NCBI GenBank assembly: GCA_963730935.1
Contig: CAVSTP010000002.1
Coordinates: 544,001 to 608,000 of the forward strand
Length of the DNA: 64,000 nucleotides
Direction: 5' to 3'
Source of the DNA: an uncultured Nitrospiraceae bacterium
GTDB lineage: Bacteria; Nitrospirota; Nitrospiria; Nitrospirales; Nitrospiraceae
In this document: one piece after another, positions 28,933 to 43,900 of the stretch
How positions within the stretch are numbered: the stretch's first letter is position 1
Layout of the letters: the number at the start of each line of letters is the position of its first letter
The notes under the pieces: model-generated
Told to the model about the DNA's origin: nothing
The model's input: the letters and a program-made list of their open reading frames with translations, nothing else
Database searches by the model: none
Position numbers and translations under genes: made by a program

Positions 28933-31900
28933 ATGTGTTTTAGGTCAGCGCCGAGGATCGTGTCGCGAATCGCTGCGGCACTCGCGATGGTCCTCGTGAT
29001 TCTACAGCTCTGCGCCCCGACGTTTACGCTTGCCCTGCCGGCAGACGGCAAAGTGGTCGCTGGGCAAGCCACAATCCAGCACACGACCCCTACCAGTCTC
29101 GGTATTCAGCAAGCGACTGACAAGGCCATCCTCAATTGGAATAGCTTTTCGATTGCCGCCAACGAAGCTGTCCGTTTCTACCAACCTTCCATTTCCTCCA
29201 TAGCCTTAAACCGTGTGACGGGAATCGATCCGTCCGTCATCTTAGGCCAACTACAAGCGAACGGCCGACTGTTCCTGATCAATCCCAATGGCATCCTGTT
29301 CGGCGCCGGATCACAAATCAATGTGGGAGGCCTGCTGGCGTCGACGCTCCAGATCAAAGACAGCGACTTCATGGCAGGCCGGTATCTGTTTGCTCAAGAT
29401 CCATTAAAGGGACTCAGCACGGTCATCAACAAGGGAACGATCCACGTCTCCGATCACGGATTTGTCTATCTAATCGCTCCGGGCGTGGCGAACGACGGAG
29501 TGATCCTCGCGAATCTCGGGGCTGTGGTGCTTGGCTCGGCTCAGAAGGCTACGATCGATCTGATGGGCGACGGCCTTATCAATTATGCGTTGAGCGACAA
29601 GGTCGCTAGTCAGGTGATGGGGCCCGACGGCAAACCGCTGACCAGTGCCGTCTCGAACAGCGGTACTATCCAAGCCGACGGCGGAAAGGTGATTCTCGCG
29701 GCGAAGGCATCCGGCGATGTCTTCGAATCAGTCATCAACCAAAGCGGCGTTATCCGTGCCAAAAGCCTGGTGAACCATGGAGGCGTTATCCGTCTCGAAG
29801 GCGGAGACCCTGTGCAGAACACCGGCGTCCTCGGTTGGAAACATCATCTCGCTGAAGTGAAAACTTCCGATGGGCGCGTAATCAATACTGGAACGCTTGA
29901 CGTGTCGGCTGCAGAAGCCGGCGCGGCTCAAGGTGAAGTGACCTTGAGCGGCCAAATGATAGGAATCGCCGGCTCAATTCTCGCCCGCGGAGCCGAGAAC
30001 GCCAATGGCGGAAACGTCCTCGCCACCTCGAGCGAAAAAACGATCGTCGCAACAGACGCCGTCATTGATACATCAGGCGTCGGGAACTCGAGCGCAGGCA
30101 ACACGGTGGTTTGGTCGGATCACATGACTGCCTTCCGGGGGACCATCCTTGCGAAGGGCGGTGAAACAGGCGGGAATGGCGGTCAGATCGAGACCTCGGG
30201 TCATGAATTGTTGGAGTTTACCGGCAAAGTCAATGCACTCGCACCGCATGGAACAACAGGTTCGGTTCTTCTTGATCCCACGAATATCACTGTGGCCAAT
30301 GGTGGCACAGCCACACTTGCTCAAGTTGATCAATTCGCCGATCCCGATTGCGTTGCGGGCGGCTGCACGATCGCCCCGGCCACAATCAACCCGGCTGCCG
30401 CGACCGTCAATCTTCAAGCGGACAATGACATTACTATTACGGATCCCATCGCGATGACGGGCGCCGGCATCGGCATCACCATGCGTGCCGGCCGTGACAT
30501 CAATGTCAACAATGGCGTCTCCACAAACAACGGCGCGATTTCCATGACGGCTAACGATGCCGGCGCGGGAGTGGGGAGGGCAGCAGGAACCGGCGATATC
30601 ACAGGAGCCGGAAACATCAATGCAGGAAGCGGCGCTCTTAATTTGACCATCGGCACGAACGCCGGTGGCGCAGGAAATATTAATTTGACAGGAACCGTCG
30701 TCTCGAGCGGGACAACGACTCTGAACGCCGGAGCGACCGGCGACATCTCTCTCGCGAACGTCAACAACGATTTCAACACCATCAACATCACAAACGGGCG
30801 CAATGTCACGATCTACGATACAACGGGCGGAATGACGATCGCTTCGGCCACCACCACTGGCAACATGACATTGACAAGTGACGATGGTCTCACAATCGCC
30901 GGCGCCATCAATGTCGGTTCCGGTACGTTCGCAGGGACGATCAATAATGACGGCGGAACGGTCGGCGACTTCGTGATGAACGCAGGGTCCTCGATTGCGA
31001 CGACAAACACCACCGCGACTGCCGTCGTGATCACCGCGAACGTCAACCCTGACCCTGCACCAGGTCAAAATGACAGGGGAATCATCCTGGGCAACATCAC
31101 GACCGGTAACGGAGGAACGATCACCGCACAGACGAACCCCGGCGGCATCACCACCGGCGCCTCCATTGACCAGATTGCAGGAACCGTCTTGAATACGGGG
31201 TCTGGATCCGTCGTTCTCACGACATCGACAAGTGGCACACAACATATCGGGACGGCCGCTGCTCCTATTCAGACAACCGCCGGCACGGTTACCGCCAGCA
31301 CGGGAACCGGTGGCGTGTTTGTTCATGAGACAGATGGCGCAAACATGACCGCGACGGCGCTCGGCGCCGGGACGGTGTATCTCGGAACCGATTCCGGAAC
31401 GCTCACTGTGGCAGGGGCGACGTCATCCGTCAGTGGTGCCGTCACGTTGGATGGGGGGGCTGCCGGCAACCTCGCCGTCAACAATGCGGTCTCAACGACT
31501 GGCACCGTGCGTATTACGGCGCCCGGCGGGACGGTCACGGAAACGGGATCGATCACTGCCACCAGCCTCGGGGTTCGCGCATTAGGGCCCGTGGCCCTCA
31601 ATGGCGCAAACAACGTCACGACCGTCGCCGGCAATGTGACGGGAGCAGGGAATGCGTTTTCTTATAATGATGCGAATACTCTGACGATCGGCTCTGTGGC
31701 TGCCTTGGCGTCGCCGCCGGTGGCGTTTGCGGCCGTCGACGGCGTCAGCACGAACAATGGACCGATCACGGTAACCACAACCAACGGCCCCATTACGGTC
31801 AGCAACACTGCTGCAGCCGCCGACGTGAATGCAGGTACCAGCACAGTCGCGTTAACCACAGGCGGAGCCAACCAACTGCTGACTATCGCCGCTTCGGCGA

Positions 31901-34900
31901 ATGTCACGGGCACCGGCGGAGTGACCTATACGGCCGACAACATGACGTTGACCGGTACGACGACTGCCACTGGCGCCATTGCCACGTTGCAACCCACTAA
32001 TGCCGGCCAATTGGTCAACCTTGGCGCTGCCGATGCGGCCGGCACGCTCGGCATCACTGATGCTGAGCTCGATACTGTCACCGCCGGCACGGTTCGCGTG
32101 GGCCGTGCCAATAGCGGCAACATGACGATTTCTAATCCAATCTCCCCTGGAGGCACGAATACACTGTCCCTGATTTCCGGCGGCACCATCACGCAAGGCG
32201 CTGGCGACACCATTACAGAGACCAATCTCCGCGTGAGTGCCGTCAATGCGGTCACGCTTACTCAAGCAAACGACGTGACGACATTCGCTGGAACGGTGAC
32301 CACGGCTGGTCAAGCCCTGCAGTTTACTGATGCGAACGGCTTCACAGTTGGTACCGTCGATGGGGTAATCGGCGTCACGACAAACAATGCTAATGCCGCG
32401 CTGATCGCTACAACCGGCAATATCACGATAGACGATGACATTGCGGTCGGCACGGGTAATGTCGGCATCCAAGCTACGGCTGGAACGATTTCCCAGAATG
32501 CCGGAGATGTGATCACCGCAGCCGGTTTGACCTTGAGGAGCCAAGGGGCCATTACGCTTAACGAAGCCAACGATGTCGATACTCTCGCAGGAAACATTTC
32601 CGGAGCCGGCAACGCCTTTCAGTTCACGGACAGCGATGGCCTCACAATCGGCACCATGGCTGCAGTGGGAGGGGTGGCGGCCACGAACGGCATCACGACG
32701 ACAAACGGCGCAATCACAGTGACCGCGACGAATGGGCCCCTGACCGTGGCCAACACCGCTGCCGCACAGGATGTGAATGCCGGCACGAGCACCGTGGCTC
32801 TGACGGCCGGCGGCGCTAATCAACTGTTGACTGTTACCGGCGCGGTCACCGGCACCGGCGGCGTCACCTACACGGCCGACAACATGACCTTGACCGGCGC
32901 TACGACGGCCACGGGGGCCATTGCCACCTTGCAGCCCAACACCGCCGGGCAACTTGTGAACCTGGGCGCCGCAGATGCGGCCGGCACCTTAGGCTTGACC
33001 GATGCCGAACTCGATACCGTCACCGCAGGCACCTTGCGCGTGGGCCGCGCCAACAGCGGCAACATGACGATCTCCGCCGCGATGACGCCCGCCGGCTCAA
33101 CTACTCTCTCCCTCATCTCAGGTGGCAGCGTCAGCCAGAACGCGGGAGCCACAATCACCGAGACGAACCTTGCCATCAGTGCAGTTGGGGCGGTGACATT
33201 AAATGAAGCGAACAATATGACGACGATCGCGGCGAATGTCACCGGCGCCGGCAACGCCTTTTCCTATACCGATGCCAACGCCCTCACCATCGGCTCCGTC
33301 GATGGGATCAACGGCGTGAGCACCAACAACGGGACGATCACCGTCACCGCGACCAACGGCGCACTGACCGTGAGCAACACGCCGGCCGCCCCCGATGTGA
33401 ACGCCGGCACCAGCACCGTCGCCTTGACCGCCGGCGGGGCCAATCAATTGCTCACCGTGACCGGCACGGTCACGGGTACCGGCGGCGTCACGTACACGGC
33501 CGATAACATGAGCTTGACCGGCGCCACCACGGCCACCGGCGCGATTGCTACGCTACAGCCAAACACGGCTGGCCAACTCGTCAATTTAGGCGGCGCCGAT
33601 GCGGCCGGCACCTTGGGCCTCACCGATGCCGAGCTCGATACCGTGACCGCCGGCACCTTGCGCGTAGGCCGCGCCAACAGCGGCAACATGACGATCTCCG
33701 CTGCAATGACGCCCGCAGGCACGAGCACCCTCACGCTGCTCTCCGGTGCTGCGGTTACGGAAACCGCCGGCTCGACCATTACCACGACCAACCTGCGAGT
33801 CAGCAGCGTCGGTGCGGTCGACCTGACACAGAATAATGACATAACCACCCTGGCCGGCAATGTGAGCGGAGCCGGCAATACGTTCGGTTTTGTTGACACC
33901 AACGGTTTTGCCGTTGGAACTGTCGACACTGTCACGGGCCTCACTACAAACAACGGCACAACCCAACTCCGCACTACAGCAGGCAACCTCGACATTAATC
34001 AACCGATCAATGTCGGAACGGCTAACCTAGGTCTCCAAGCTGCCGCGGGCACGATCACACAGAGTGGACCAGGCACAATCACCGCAGATGGCCTTGGCAT
34101 TCGAGCCCAGAACAATGTGTCGCTGACGCTCGCCAACGACGTCAATACGATCGCCGCGAACATCACGGGAGCGGGCAATAGCTTCACTTATAACGACGCG
34201 ACGGGCGTCACCATTGGATCGATCCCAGCCATCGGCGCGATCGCAGCCATCGACGGCGTCACGACAAATAATGGCGCGATCAGTGTCGCGACGACCAACG
34301 GGGCCTTGACCGTCAGCAACACCCCGGCCGCCCCCGATGTGAACGCCGGCACCAGCACGGTGGCCTTGACCGCCGGTGGCGTCAACCAACTGCTCACCGT
34401 CACCGGCACCGTCACCGGCACCGGGGGCGTGACCTATACCGCCGACAACATGACCTTGACCGGCGCCACCAACGCCGGCGCCAACATCGCCACCCTGCAA
34501 CCCAACACCGCCGGCCAGCTCGTGAACCTCGGCGCCGCCGATGCGGCCGGTACGCTGGGCTTGACCGATGGCGAGCTCGACACCGTCACCGCCGGCACCG
34601 TGCGCGTGGGCCGCAATAATAGTGGCAACCTCACCATCTCGGCCGCCATCGATACGGCGAACACCACGACGACCACCTTGATCTCTGGCGGCACGGTGAC
34701 GCAGACCGCGCCCATCACGGAAACCAATCTCGCCGTCAGCAGTGTCGGCGCCGTCACCTTAACGAACGCCGGCAACGATGTGACGACGCTCGCCGCCAAT
34801 GTCACCGGCGCCGGCAATGCCTTCAGCTATACCGATGCCAATGCCCTCACCATTGGCACCGTCGATGGGATCAACGGCGTGGCCACCAACAACGGGGCCA

Positions 34901-37900
34901 TCACGGTGGCCACCACCAACGGCGCCTTGACCGTCAGCAACACCCCGGCCGCCCCCGATGTGAACGCCGGCACCAGCACGGTGGCCTTGACCGCCGGTGG
35001 CGTCAACCAACTGCTCACCGTCACCGGCACCGTCACCGGCACCGGGGGCGTGACCTATACCGCCGACAACATGACCTTGACCGGCGCCACCAACGCCGGC
35101 GCCAACATCGCCACCCTGCAACCCAACACCGCCGGCCAGCTCGTGAACCTCGGCGCCGCCGATGCCGCCGGTACGCTGGGCTTGACCGATGGCGAGCTCG
35201 ACACCGTCACCGCCGGCACGTGCGCGTGGGCCGCCACAAGTGGCAACCTCACCATCTCGGCCGCCATCGATCCGGCCGAACACCACGACGACCACCTTGA
35301 TCTCTGGCGGCACGTGACGCAGACCGCGCCCATCACGGAAACCAATCTCGCCGTCAGCCAGCGTCGGCGCCGTCACCTTAACGAAGCCGGCAATGATGTG
35401 ACGACGCTCGCCGCCAATGTCACCGGCGCCGGCAATGCCTTCAGCTATACCGATGCCAATGCCCTCACCATTGGCACCGTCGATGGGATCAACGGCGTGG
35501 CCACCAACAATGGGGCCATCACGGTGGCCACCACCAACGGGGCCTTGACCGTCAGCAACACCCCGGCCGCCCCCGATGTGAACGCCGGCACCAGCACGGT
35601 GGCCTTGACCGCCGGTGGCGTCAACCAACTGCTCACCGTCACCGGCACCGTCACCGGCACCGGGGGCGTGACCTATACCGCCGACAACATGACCTTGACC
35701 GGCGCCACCAACGCCGGCGCCAACATCGCCACCCTGCAACCCAACACCGCCGGCCAGCTCGTGAACCTCGGCGCCGCCGATGCGGCCGGTACGCTGGGCT
35801 TGACCGATGGCGAGCTCGACACCGTCACCGCCGGCACCGTGCGCGTGGGCCGCAATAATAGTGGCAACCTCACCATCTCGGCCGCCATCGATACGGCGAA
35901 CACCACGACGACCACCTTGATCTCTGGCGGCACGGTGACGCAGACCGCGCCCATCACGGAAACCAATCTCGCCGTCAGCAGTGTCGGCGCCGTCACCTTA
36001 ACGAACGCCGGCAACGATGTGACGACGCTCGCCGCCAATGTCACCGGCGCCGGCAATGCCTTCAGCTATACCGATGCCAATGCCCTCACCATTGGCACCG
36101 TCGATGGGATCAACGGCGTGGCCACCAACAATGGGGCCATCACGGTGGCCACCACCAACGGCGCCTTGACCGTCAGCAACACCCCGGCCGCCCCCGATGT
36201 GAACGCCGGCACCAGCACGGTGGCCTTGACCGCCGGTGGCGTCAACCAACTGCTCACCGTCACCGGCACCGTCACCGGCACCGGGGGCGTGACCTATACC
36301 GCCGACAACATGACCTTGACCGGCGCCACCAACGCCGGCGCCAACATCGCCACCCTGCAACCCAACACCGCCGGCCAGCTCGTGAACCTCGGCGCCGCCG
36401 ATGCCGCCGGTACGCTGGGCTTGACCGATGGCGAGCTCGACACCGTCACCGCCGGCACCGTGCGCGTGGGCCGCAATAATAGTGGCAACCTCACCATCTC
36501 GGCCGCCATCGATACGGCGAACACCACGACGACCACCTTGATCTCTGGCGGCACGGTGACGCAGACCGCGCCCATCACGGAAACCAATCTCGCCGTCAGC
36601 AGTGTCGGCGCCGTCACCTTAACGAACGCCGGCAACGATGTGACGACGCTCGCCGCCAATGTCACCGGCGCCGGCAATGCCTTCAGCTATACCGATGCCA
36701 ATGCCCTCACCATTGGCACCGTCGATGGGATCAACGGCGTGGCCACCAACAATGGGGCCATCACGGTGGCCACCACCAACGGCGCCTTGACCGTCAGCAA
36801 CACCCCGGCCGCCCCCGATGTGAACGCCGGCACCAGCACGGTGGCCTTGACCGCCGGTGGCGTCAACCAACTGCTCACCGTCACCGGCACCGTCACCGGC
36901 ACCGGGGGCGTGACCTATACCGCCGACAACATGACCTTGACCGGCGCCACCAACGCCGGCGCCAACATCGCCACCCTGCAACCCAACACCGCCGGCCAGC
37001 TCGTGAACCTCGGCGCCGCCGATGCCGCCGGTACGCTGGGCTTGACCGATGGCGAGCTCGACACCGTCACCGCCGGCACCGTGCGCGTGGGCCGCAATAA
37101 TAGTGGCAACCTCACCATCTCGGCCGCCATCGATACGGCGAACACCACGACGACCACCTTGATCTCTGGCGGCACGGTGACGCAGACCGCGCCCATCACG
37201 GAAACCAATCTCGCCGTCAGCAGTGTCGGCGCCGTCACCTTAACGAACGCCGGCAACGATGTGACGACGCTCGCCGCCAATGTCACCGGCGCCGGCAATG
37301 CCTTCAGCTATACCGATGCCAATGCCCTCACCATTGGGACGGTGGACGGGATTAATGGCGTCACGACAAATAATGGAAACATCGGCCTGCAGACCGGAGG
37401 CGCCCTCGCCATCAATCAAGCATTGAGTGCCGGGACGGCGACTGTCGGATTGAATGCAGGTGGAGCCGTGACGCAAGGTGCGGCAGGCATCATCACAGCT
37501 AACGAACTGAATCTGCGCGGCTCCGGGCCCTTCACACTTACGAATGCATCCAATGACGTAAATGCAGTTGGAGCGAATACGACGGGCGCAATCCAGTTGA
37601 CGGACGTCGATGACCTTACCGTTGGCTCTGTCAGTGCGGTTGGGACGATTGCCGCAAGTACTGGCATCACGGCGGCGGGCAATGTGACGCTGACGACGAC
37701 CAACGGTGGGGCGCTCACGATCGATCAGCCGATTACGACGACCACTAACGGCACGCTGACGCTGACCAATGCGGGCCTCTTAGCGCTTAATGCCAATCTC
37801 GATGCCGATGGAGCGATCACCCAGAATGGGGCGGGGGCGACCACGACGACAGGCACCCGGACCCTCACCACGACCAATGATGCCGTGACCTTGACGCAAG

Positions 37901-40900
37901 GGCTCACGCTTGGCGGCGATCTCACGATTTCTACCGGTACGGGCCCGATTGCGTTTAACAGCACCGTCAACGGCGGCGGAAATCTCACGGCCAATAGCAC
38001 CGGGACCACGACCTTCGCCGGTCCAGTGGGCGGCGGCACGCCGCTCACGAGCCTCACGACCAATGCGGGCGGCACGACGGCCCTCAATGGCGGCGCCGTC
38101 ACCACCACTGGGGCACAAACTTATAATGATGCAGTCACTTTGGGCGCCGATACGACGCTCACGAGCACCGGCGCGGGGGCGATCACGTTGGGCAGCATCG
38201 TCAACGGCGCGCAGAGCCTGATCGTCAACACCATTGGCCTGACGACCTTCGCGGGCCCAGTGGGCGGCATCACGCCGCTCACGAGCCTCACGACCAATAC
38301 GGGGGGCACGACGGCCCTCAACGGCGGAACAGTCACGACGACGGGGGCGCAGACCTACAATGATGCGGTCACGTTGGGGGCGGATACGACGCTCACGAGC
38401 ACGGGCGCCGGCACGCTCACGTTAGGCAGCACGGTCAACGGCGCCCAGAGCCTGATCGTGAACACCACGGGCCTGACGGCGCTCATGGGCCCCATTGGAG
38501 GCACCACACCGTTAACGACGTTGACCACGAACGCGGGCGGCACGACCGATCTGAACGGCGGGACGGTGGTGACCACGGGCGCCCAGACCTATAACGATGC
38601 CGTGCTGCTCAGTGCCGACACGACGCTCACGGCGGGGGTCGGCAATATTACGTTTGGGAACACGGTCGACAGTACGGCGGGCAATACGTTTAGCCTGACC
38701 GCCAACAGCACGGGCACGACGACCTTCAGCGGCGCCGTGGGGACCACCGATGCACTCACGAGCCTGACGACCAACGCGGGGGGCACGACGGCCCTCAACG
38801 GCGGGACCATCACGACGACGGGGGCGCAGACCTACAATGATGCGGTCACGTTGGGGGCGGCCACCACGCTCACCAGTACCGGCGCGGGCACTATCACGCT
38901 GGGCTCCACCGTCAACGGCGCGCAGAGCCTCGCCGTCAATACGGCGGGCCTGACCACGCTGACCGGTCCCGTGGGCGGCGTCACGCCGCTCACCAGCGTG
39001 ACGACCGATCAGCCGGGCACGGTCACGGTGGGCAGCGTCACCACGACCGGGGCACAGAGTTATCAGGAGAATACGGTGAGCTTGAACGGCACCTACACCA
39101 CCACCAACAGCCCGGTCACCGTCGGCACCGCGGCCGCCGCGATCACGCTGGGTGGGAACACAACGGTGACGACCGGCGCCGGCAATATTCTCTTCAATGG
39201 CACGGTGGATGGCGCGCAGAGCCTGACCCTGAACAGTACGGGCACGACGACCGTCAGCGGGGCAGTGGGCGGCACGACGCCGCTCACGAGCCTCACGACC
39301 AATGCGGGCGGCACGACCGCGGTCAATGGGGGCAGCGTCACGACCACGGGCAACCAGAGCTACGGCGATGCCGTCACGATGAATCAAGCCACCACCTTCA
39401 CGACCACCGGCGGCGGCAGCAGCGTGAGCTTCGGCAATAACGTGACCAATACGTTGGCCGGGGCCTCCCTCACCGTGAATACGCCGGCCCTCAGTTTGGC
39501 CAACGGCAGCACGGTGGCGACCACGGGTAACGGCAACATCAGCTTTATCGTCGATGGCCTCACGCCCGGTACCGCCAGCATCAATGCGGGCACGGGCACC
39601 TTCCAGATCAGCCCCTCCACGCCGACCAAGACCATTGAGTACGGCGATGTGGATACGGCGCGCGTGACGGATGTCTATTACGGCTCGACGTTCACCAACA
39701 TTACCGCCGGCCAGTTCACGATCGGCGGGGCGACCCAGACGGGCGACATCTTTGTGACGGGCGTGGCCGCAGCCCCGGCCGCCACGACGCTGCAGACCAC
39801 CGGGACCGGCGCCGTCACCTTCGAGACGGCCCCCTATGTGACGGGCAATCTGGATCTGGGCGTCGTCAGTGGGAGCGGGGGCATCACGCTGGGCCAGAAC
39901 GTGACCCTGGGCACCGGGACGCTGCGGCTCACCACCACCGGCGCAATCACGCAGACTGGGGGCAGTCTCACGGCGGATCTCCTCGGCGCCTCGGCCGGCA
40001 CGAGCATCACGCTCAATCAGGCGGGCAACGATGTGAATGTCGTGGCCGCGCAAAGTGCGGCCGGCGGGATCACCCTGCGCGATAGCGACGATCTGGTCCT
40101 TGGTGCCGCGCCCGCGGTCGCCGGCCTGCATCCCGCGATCAATGGGCTCACCGCCCCCGGGCAAAGCGTGACCCTGACCACGGACGGCGCCTTGAGTCAG
40201 ACCCAGCCCATCGTCGCCGACAGTCTCACGGCCACGACGCTCAATAATGCGGGGGCCGCGATCACGCTGACCGATCCGGGCAATGCGGTCACCACCGTGA
40301 CGCTCCAGGCCCGCAATGCCGCCAATACGACCGATGCCGCCGGAGCCATTGCCTATCGCGATAGCGATGGCGTGGATATCGCCGGTGTGCGCACGACCAG
40401 TACCTTCGATCTCACGACCGCTGGGCCGATCACCAGTAGCGGCGCCCTGATCGTGGGTGGCACGACCACGCTCACCGCTGGCGCGGCCAACAACATCACA
40501 CTGAACAACGCCAACGACTTCAGCACGGTGAGCGTCGTGAGCGGCAACAACGTGACGCTCAACGATGTGAATGCCCTGGATCTCGGCGCCTCGACCATCA
40601 GTGGCGGGCTCACCGTCACCACCAATGGCGCGATTACGGATAGCGGCAATCTCACCGTGGCCGGCACGACGACCTTGGCGGCCGGGGCGGGCAACAACAT
40701 CACCTTGAATAACGCCAACGATTTCAGCACGGTCGCCATCACCAGCGGCAACACCGTCGTATTGAACGACATCAATGCGCTCGATCTCGGGGCTTCCACC
40801 ATCAGCGGCGGGCTCACCGTCACCACCAATGGCGCGATTACCGATAGCGGGAACGTGACCGTGGTTGGCACGACGACCCTCGCCGCCGGGGCGGGCAACA

Positions 40901-43900
40901 CCATCACGCTCAACAACGCGAACGACTTCAGCACCGTCAGTGTCGTGAGCGGCAACACCGTGACCCTCAACGATGTGAATGCCCTGGATCTCGGCGCCTC
41001 GACCATCAGTGGCGGGCTCACCGTCACCACCAATGGCGCGATTACCGATAGCGGCAATCTCACCGTGGTCGGCCCGACCACCTTGGCCGCCGGCGCCGGC
41101 AACAACATCACCTTAATAACGCGAACGACTTCAGCACGGTGAGCGTCGTGAGCGGCAACAATGTCGTGTTGAACGACATCAATGCGCTCGATCTCGGGGC
41201 TTCCACGATCAGCGGCGCGCTCTCCGTCACCACCAATGGCGCGATTACCGATAGCGGCAATTTGACCGTGGTTGGCCCGACCACCTTGGCCGCCGGCGCC
41301 GGCAACAACATCACCTTGAATAACGCCAACGACTTCAGCACCGTCAGCGTCGTGAGCGGCAACAATGTCGTGTTGAACGACATCAATGCGCTCGATCTCG
41401 GGGCTTCCACCATCAGCGGGACGCCTCACGTTACCACCAACGGCGCGATTACCGATAGCGGCAATTTGACCGTGGTTGGCCCGACCACCCTCGCCGCCGG
41501 CGCGGGCAACAACATCACCTTGAACAACGCCAACGATTTCAGCACCGTCAGCGTCGTGAGCGGCAACACCGTCGACGTTGAACGACATCAATGCGCTCGA
41601 TCTCGGCGCTTCCACCATCAGCGGGACGCTCTCCGTTACCACCAACGGTGCGATTACCGATAGCGGCAATTTGACCGTGGTTGGCCCGACCACCCTCGCC
41701 GCCGGGGCGGGCAACAACATCACCTTGAACAACGCCAACGACTTCAGCACGGTCAGCGTCGTGAGCGGCAACACCGTGACGCTCAACGATGTGAATGCGC
41801 TCGATCTCGGCGCTTCCACCATCAGCGGCACCTTGAGCATCACCACCAACGGGGCCATTACCGACAGCGGTGCGCTCAGCGTCGTGGGGACCACGACCCT
41901 CACCGCCGGGGCCGCCAACAACATCACCTTAAACAACGCCAACGACTTCAGCACGGTCAGTGTCGTGAGCGGCAACACTGTGGTGCTCAACGACGTGAAC
42001 GCGCTGGATCTCGGCGCCTCCACCATCAGCGGGGATCTGAATGTCACCACCGGCGGGGCCGTGACGCAGTCGGGCGCCCTGACCGTGGCCGGCAATGCCG
42101 CCTTCGATACCTCCGCCGCGGCCACCTTAGGCTCGGTGAGCTTCACCGATAGCAATGCGTTGACGTTGAACAACTCGCTGGTGGGCGGCAACCTGACCGT
42201 CACCACGGGCGCCGGCGATATCACGCTGCCCGCGGGCCAGACCCTGACGGTGGCGGGCAATATCACCTTGACCCCGGCCGGGGCAGTGGATCTACAAGGC
42301 ACCACCCAGATCGGCGGCACCCAATCCTATGTGGGCGGCACGGGCTCCACCTTTGTGCTCGGCGCGGATACCAATCTCAATACCTTGCCGTTGCCCGCGT
42401 CCGGCTCCGTCACGGTCAATACGACCGGCACCACCACGACCTTTGGCGGTCCGCCGATCCTGGGCCAAGCCATTGATCTCCCCCATGCCGGCAATAGCAT
42501 CGGCGGCACCGTGCGGTTTACCACTGCCGCCCCGGCCGTGACCGGCGCGACCCAAAACACCTATAACCTCACGCAGAGTGCTCCGGTCACCTTCAATCCC
42601 GGGCAAACCTTGACGGTCACGGACTTGGGCGGCACGGCCGGCAAGCGCGGCAATATCAGCCTGCCCAATGCCGCCAACACGTTCCAGGATGTGAATCTGC
42701 TCGGCGGCAATCTGGCCCTGACCGATAGCGGCCCGCTGAATATCGGCGCCACCGGCCTCAGTGCCAATGCCGGCACCACCAGCACGGGCACCCTCGCCTT
42801 GACCAGCACCGGGGCGATCACCCAGAGCGGCCCGATCACCGCGGCCGGCCTCACGACGCTTACGGCGGGCGCGGCCAACAACATTCTGCTCAATCACGCC
42901 GCCAACGACTTCAGCACCGTCAGTGTCGTGAGCGGCAACAATGTCGTGTTGAACGACATCAATGCGCTCGATCTCGGGGCTTCCACGATCAGCGGGACGC
43001 TCTCCGTTACCACTAACGGCGCGATTACCGATAGCGGCAATCTCACCGTGGTCGGCCCGACCACCTTGGCCGCCGGCGCCGGCAACAACATCACCTTGAA
43101 TAACGCCAACGACTTCAGCACGGTGAGCGTCGTGAGCGGCAACAATGTCGTGTTGAACGACATCAATGCGCTCGATCTCGGGGCTTCCACGATCAGCGGC
43201 ACCTTGAGCGTTACCACCAACGGCGCGATTACCGAGAGCGGCAATTTGACCGTGACCGGCCCGACCACCTTGGCGGCCGGGGCGGGCAACAACATTACCT
43301 TGAACAACGCCAACGACTTCAGCACGGTCAGTGTCGTGAGCGGCAATAATGTGGCGTTGAACGACATCAATGCCTTGGATCTCGGCGCTTCCACCATCAG
43401 CGGCGCCCTCACCGTCACCACCAATGGGGCGATTACCGAGAGCGGCAATTTGACCGTGACCGGCCCGACCACCTTGGCCGCGGGGGCCGGCAACAACATT
43501 ACCTTGAACAACGCCAACGACTTCAGCACGGTCAGTGTCGTGAGCGGCAATAATGTGGCGTTGAACGACATCAATGCCTTGGATCTCGGCGCCTCCACCA
43601 TCAGCGGCGCCTTGACCGTGACCACCAATGGGGCCATTACCGAGAGCGGCAATTTGACCGTGACCGGCCCGACCACCTTGGCCGCCGGGGCCGCCAACAA
43701 CATTACCTTGAACAACGCCAACGACTTCAGCACGGTGAGCGTCGTGAGCGGCAATAACGTGACCCTCAACGATGTGAACGCCTTGGATCTGGGCACCTCC
43801 ACCATCAGCGGCACCTTGAGCATCACCACCAATGGCGCGATCACCGACAGCGGTGCGCTCACCGTCGTGGGTCCGACCACACTGAGTGCCGGGGCGGGCA

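Noticed and set aside
41110..41120. Programmed ribosomal frameshift or slipped-strand phase variation
   Set aside because: No slippery heptamer, homopolymer or short-sequence repeat at either indel.
41139..41663. Separate 174-aa gene
   Set aside because: It is the frameshifted middle of tpsA; same repeat, no signal peptide or RBS.
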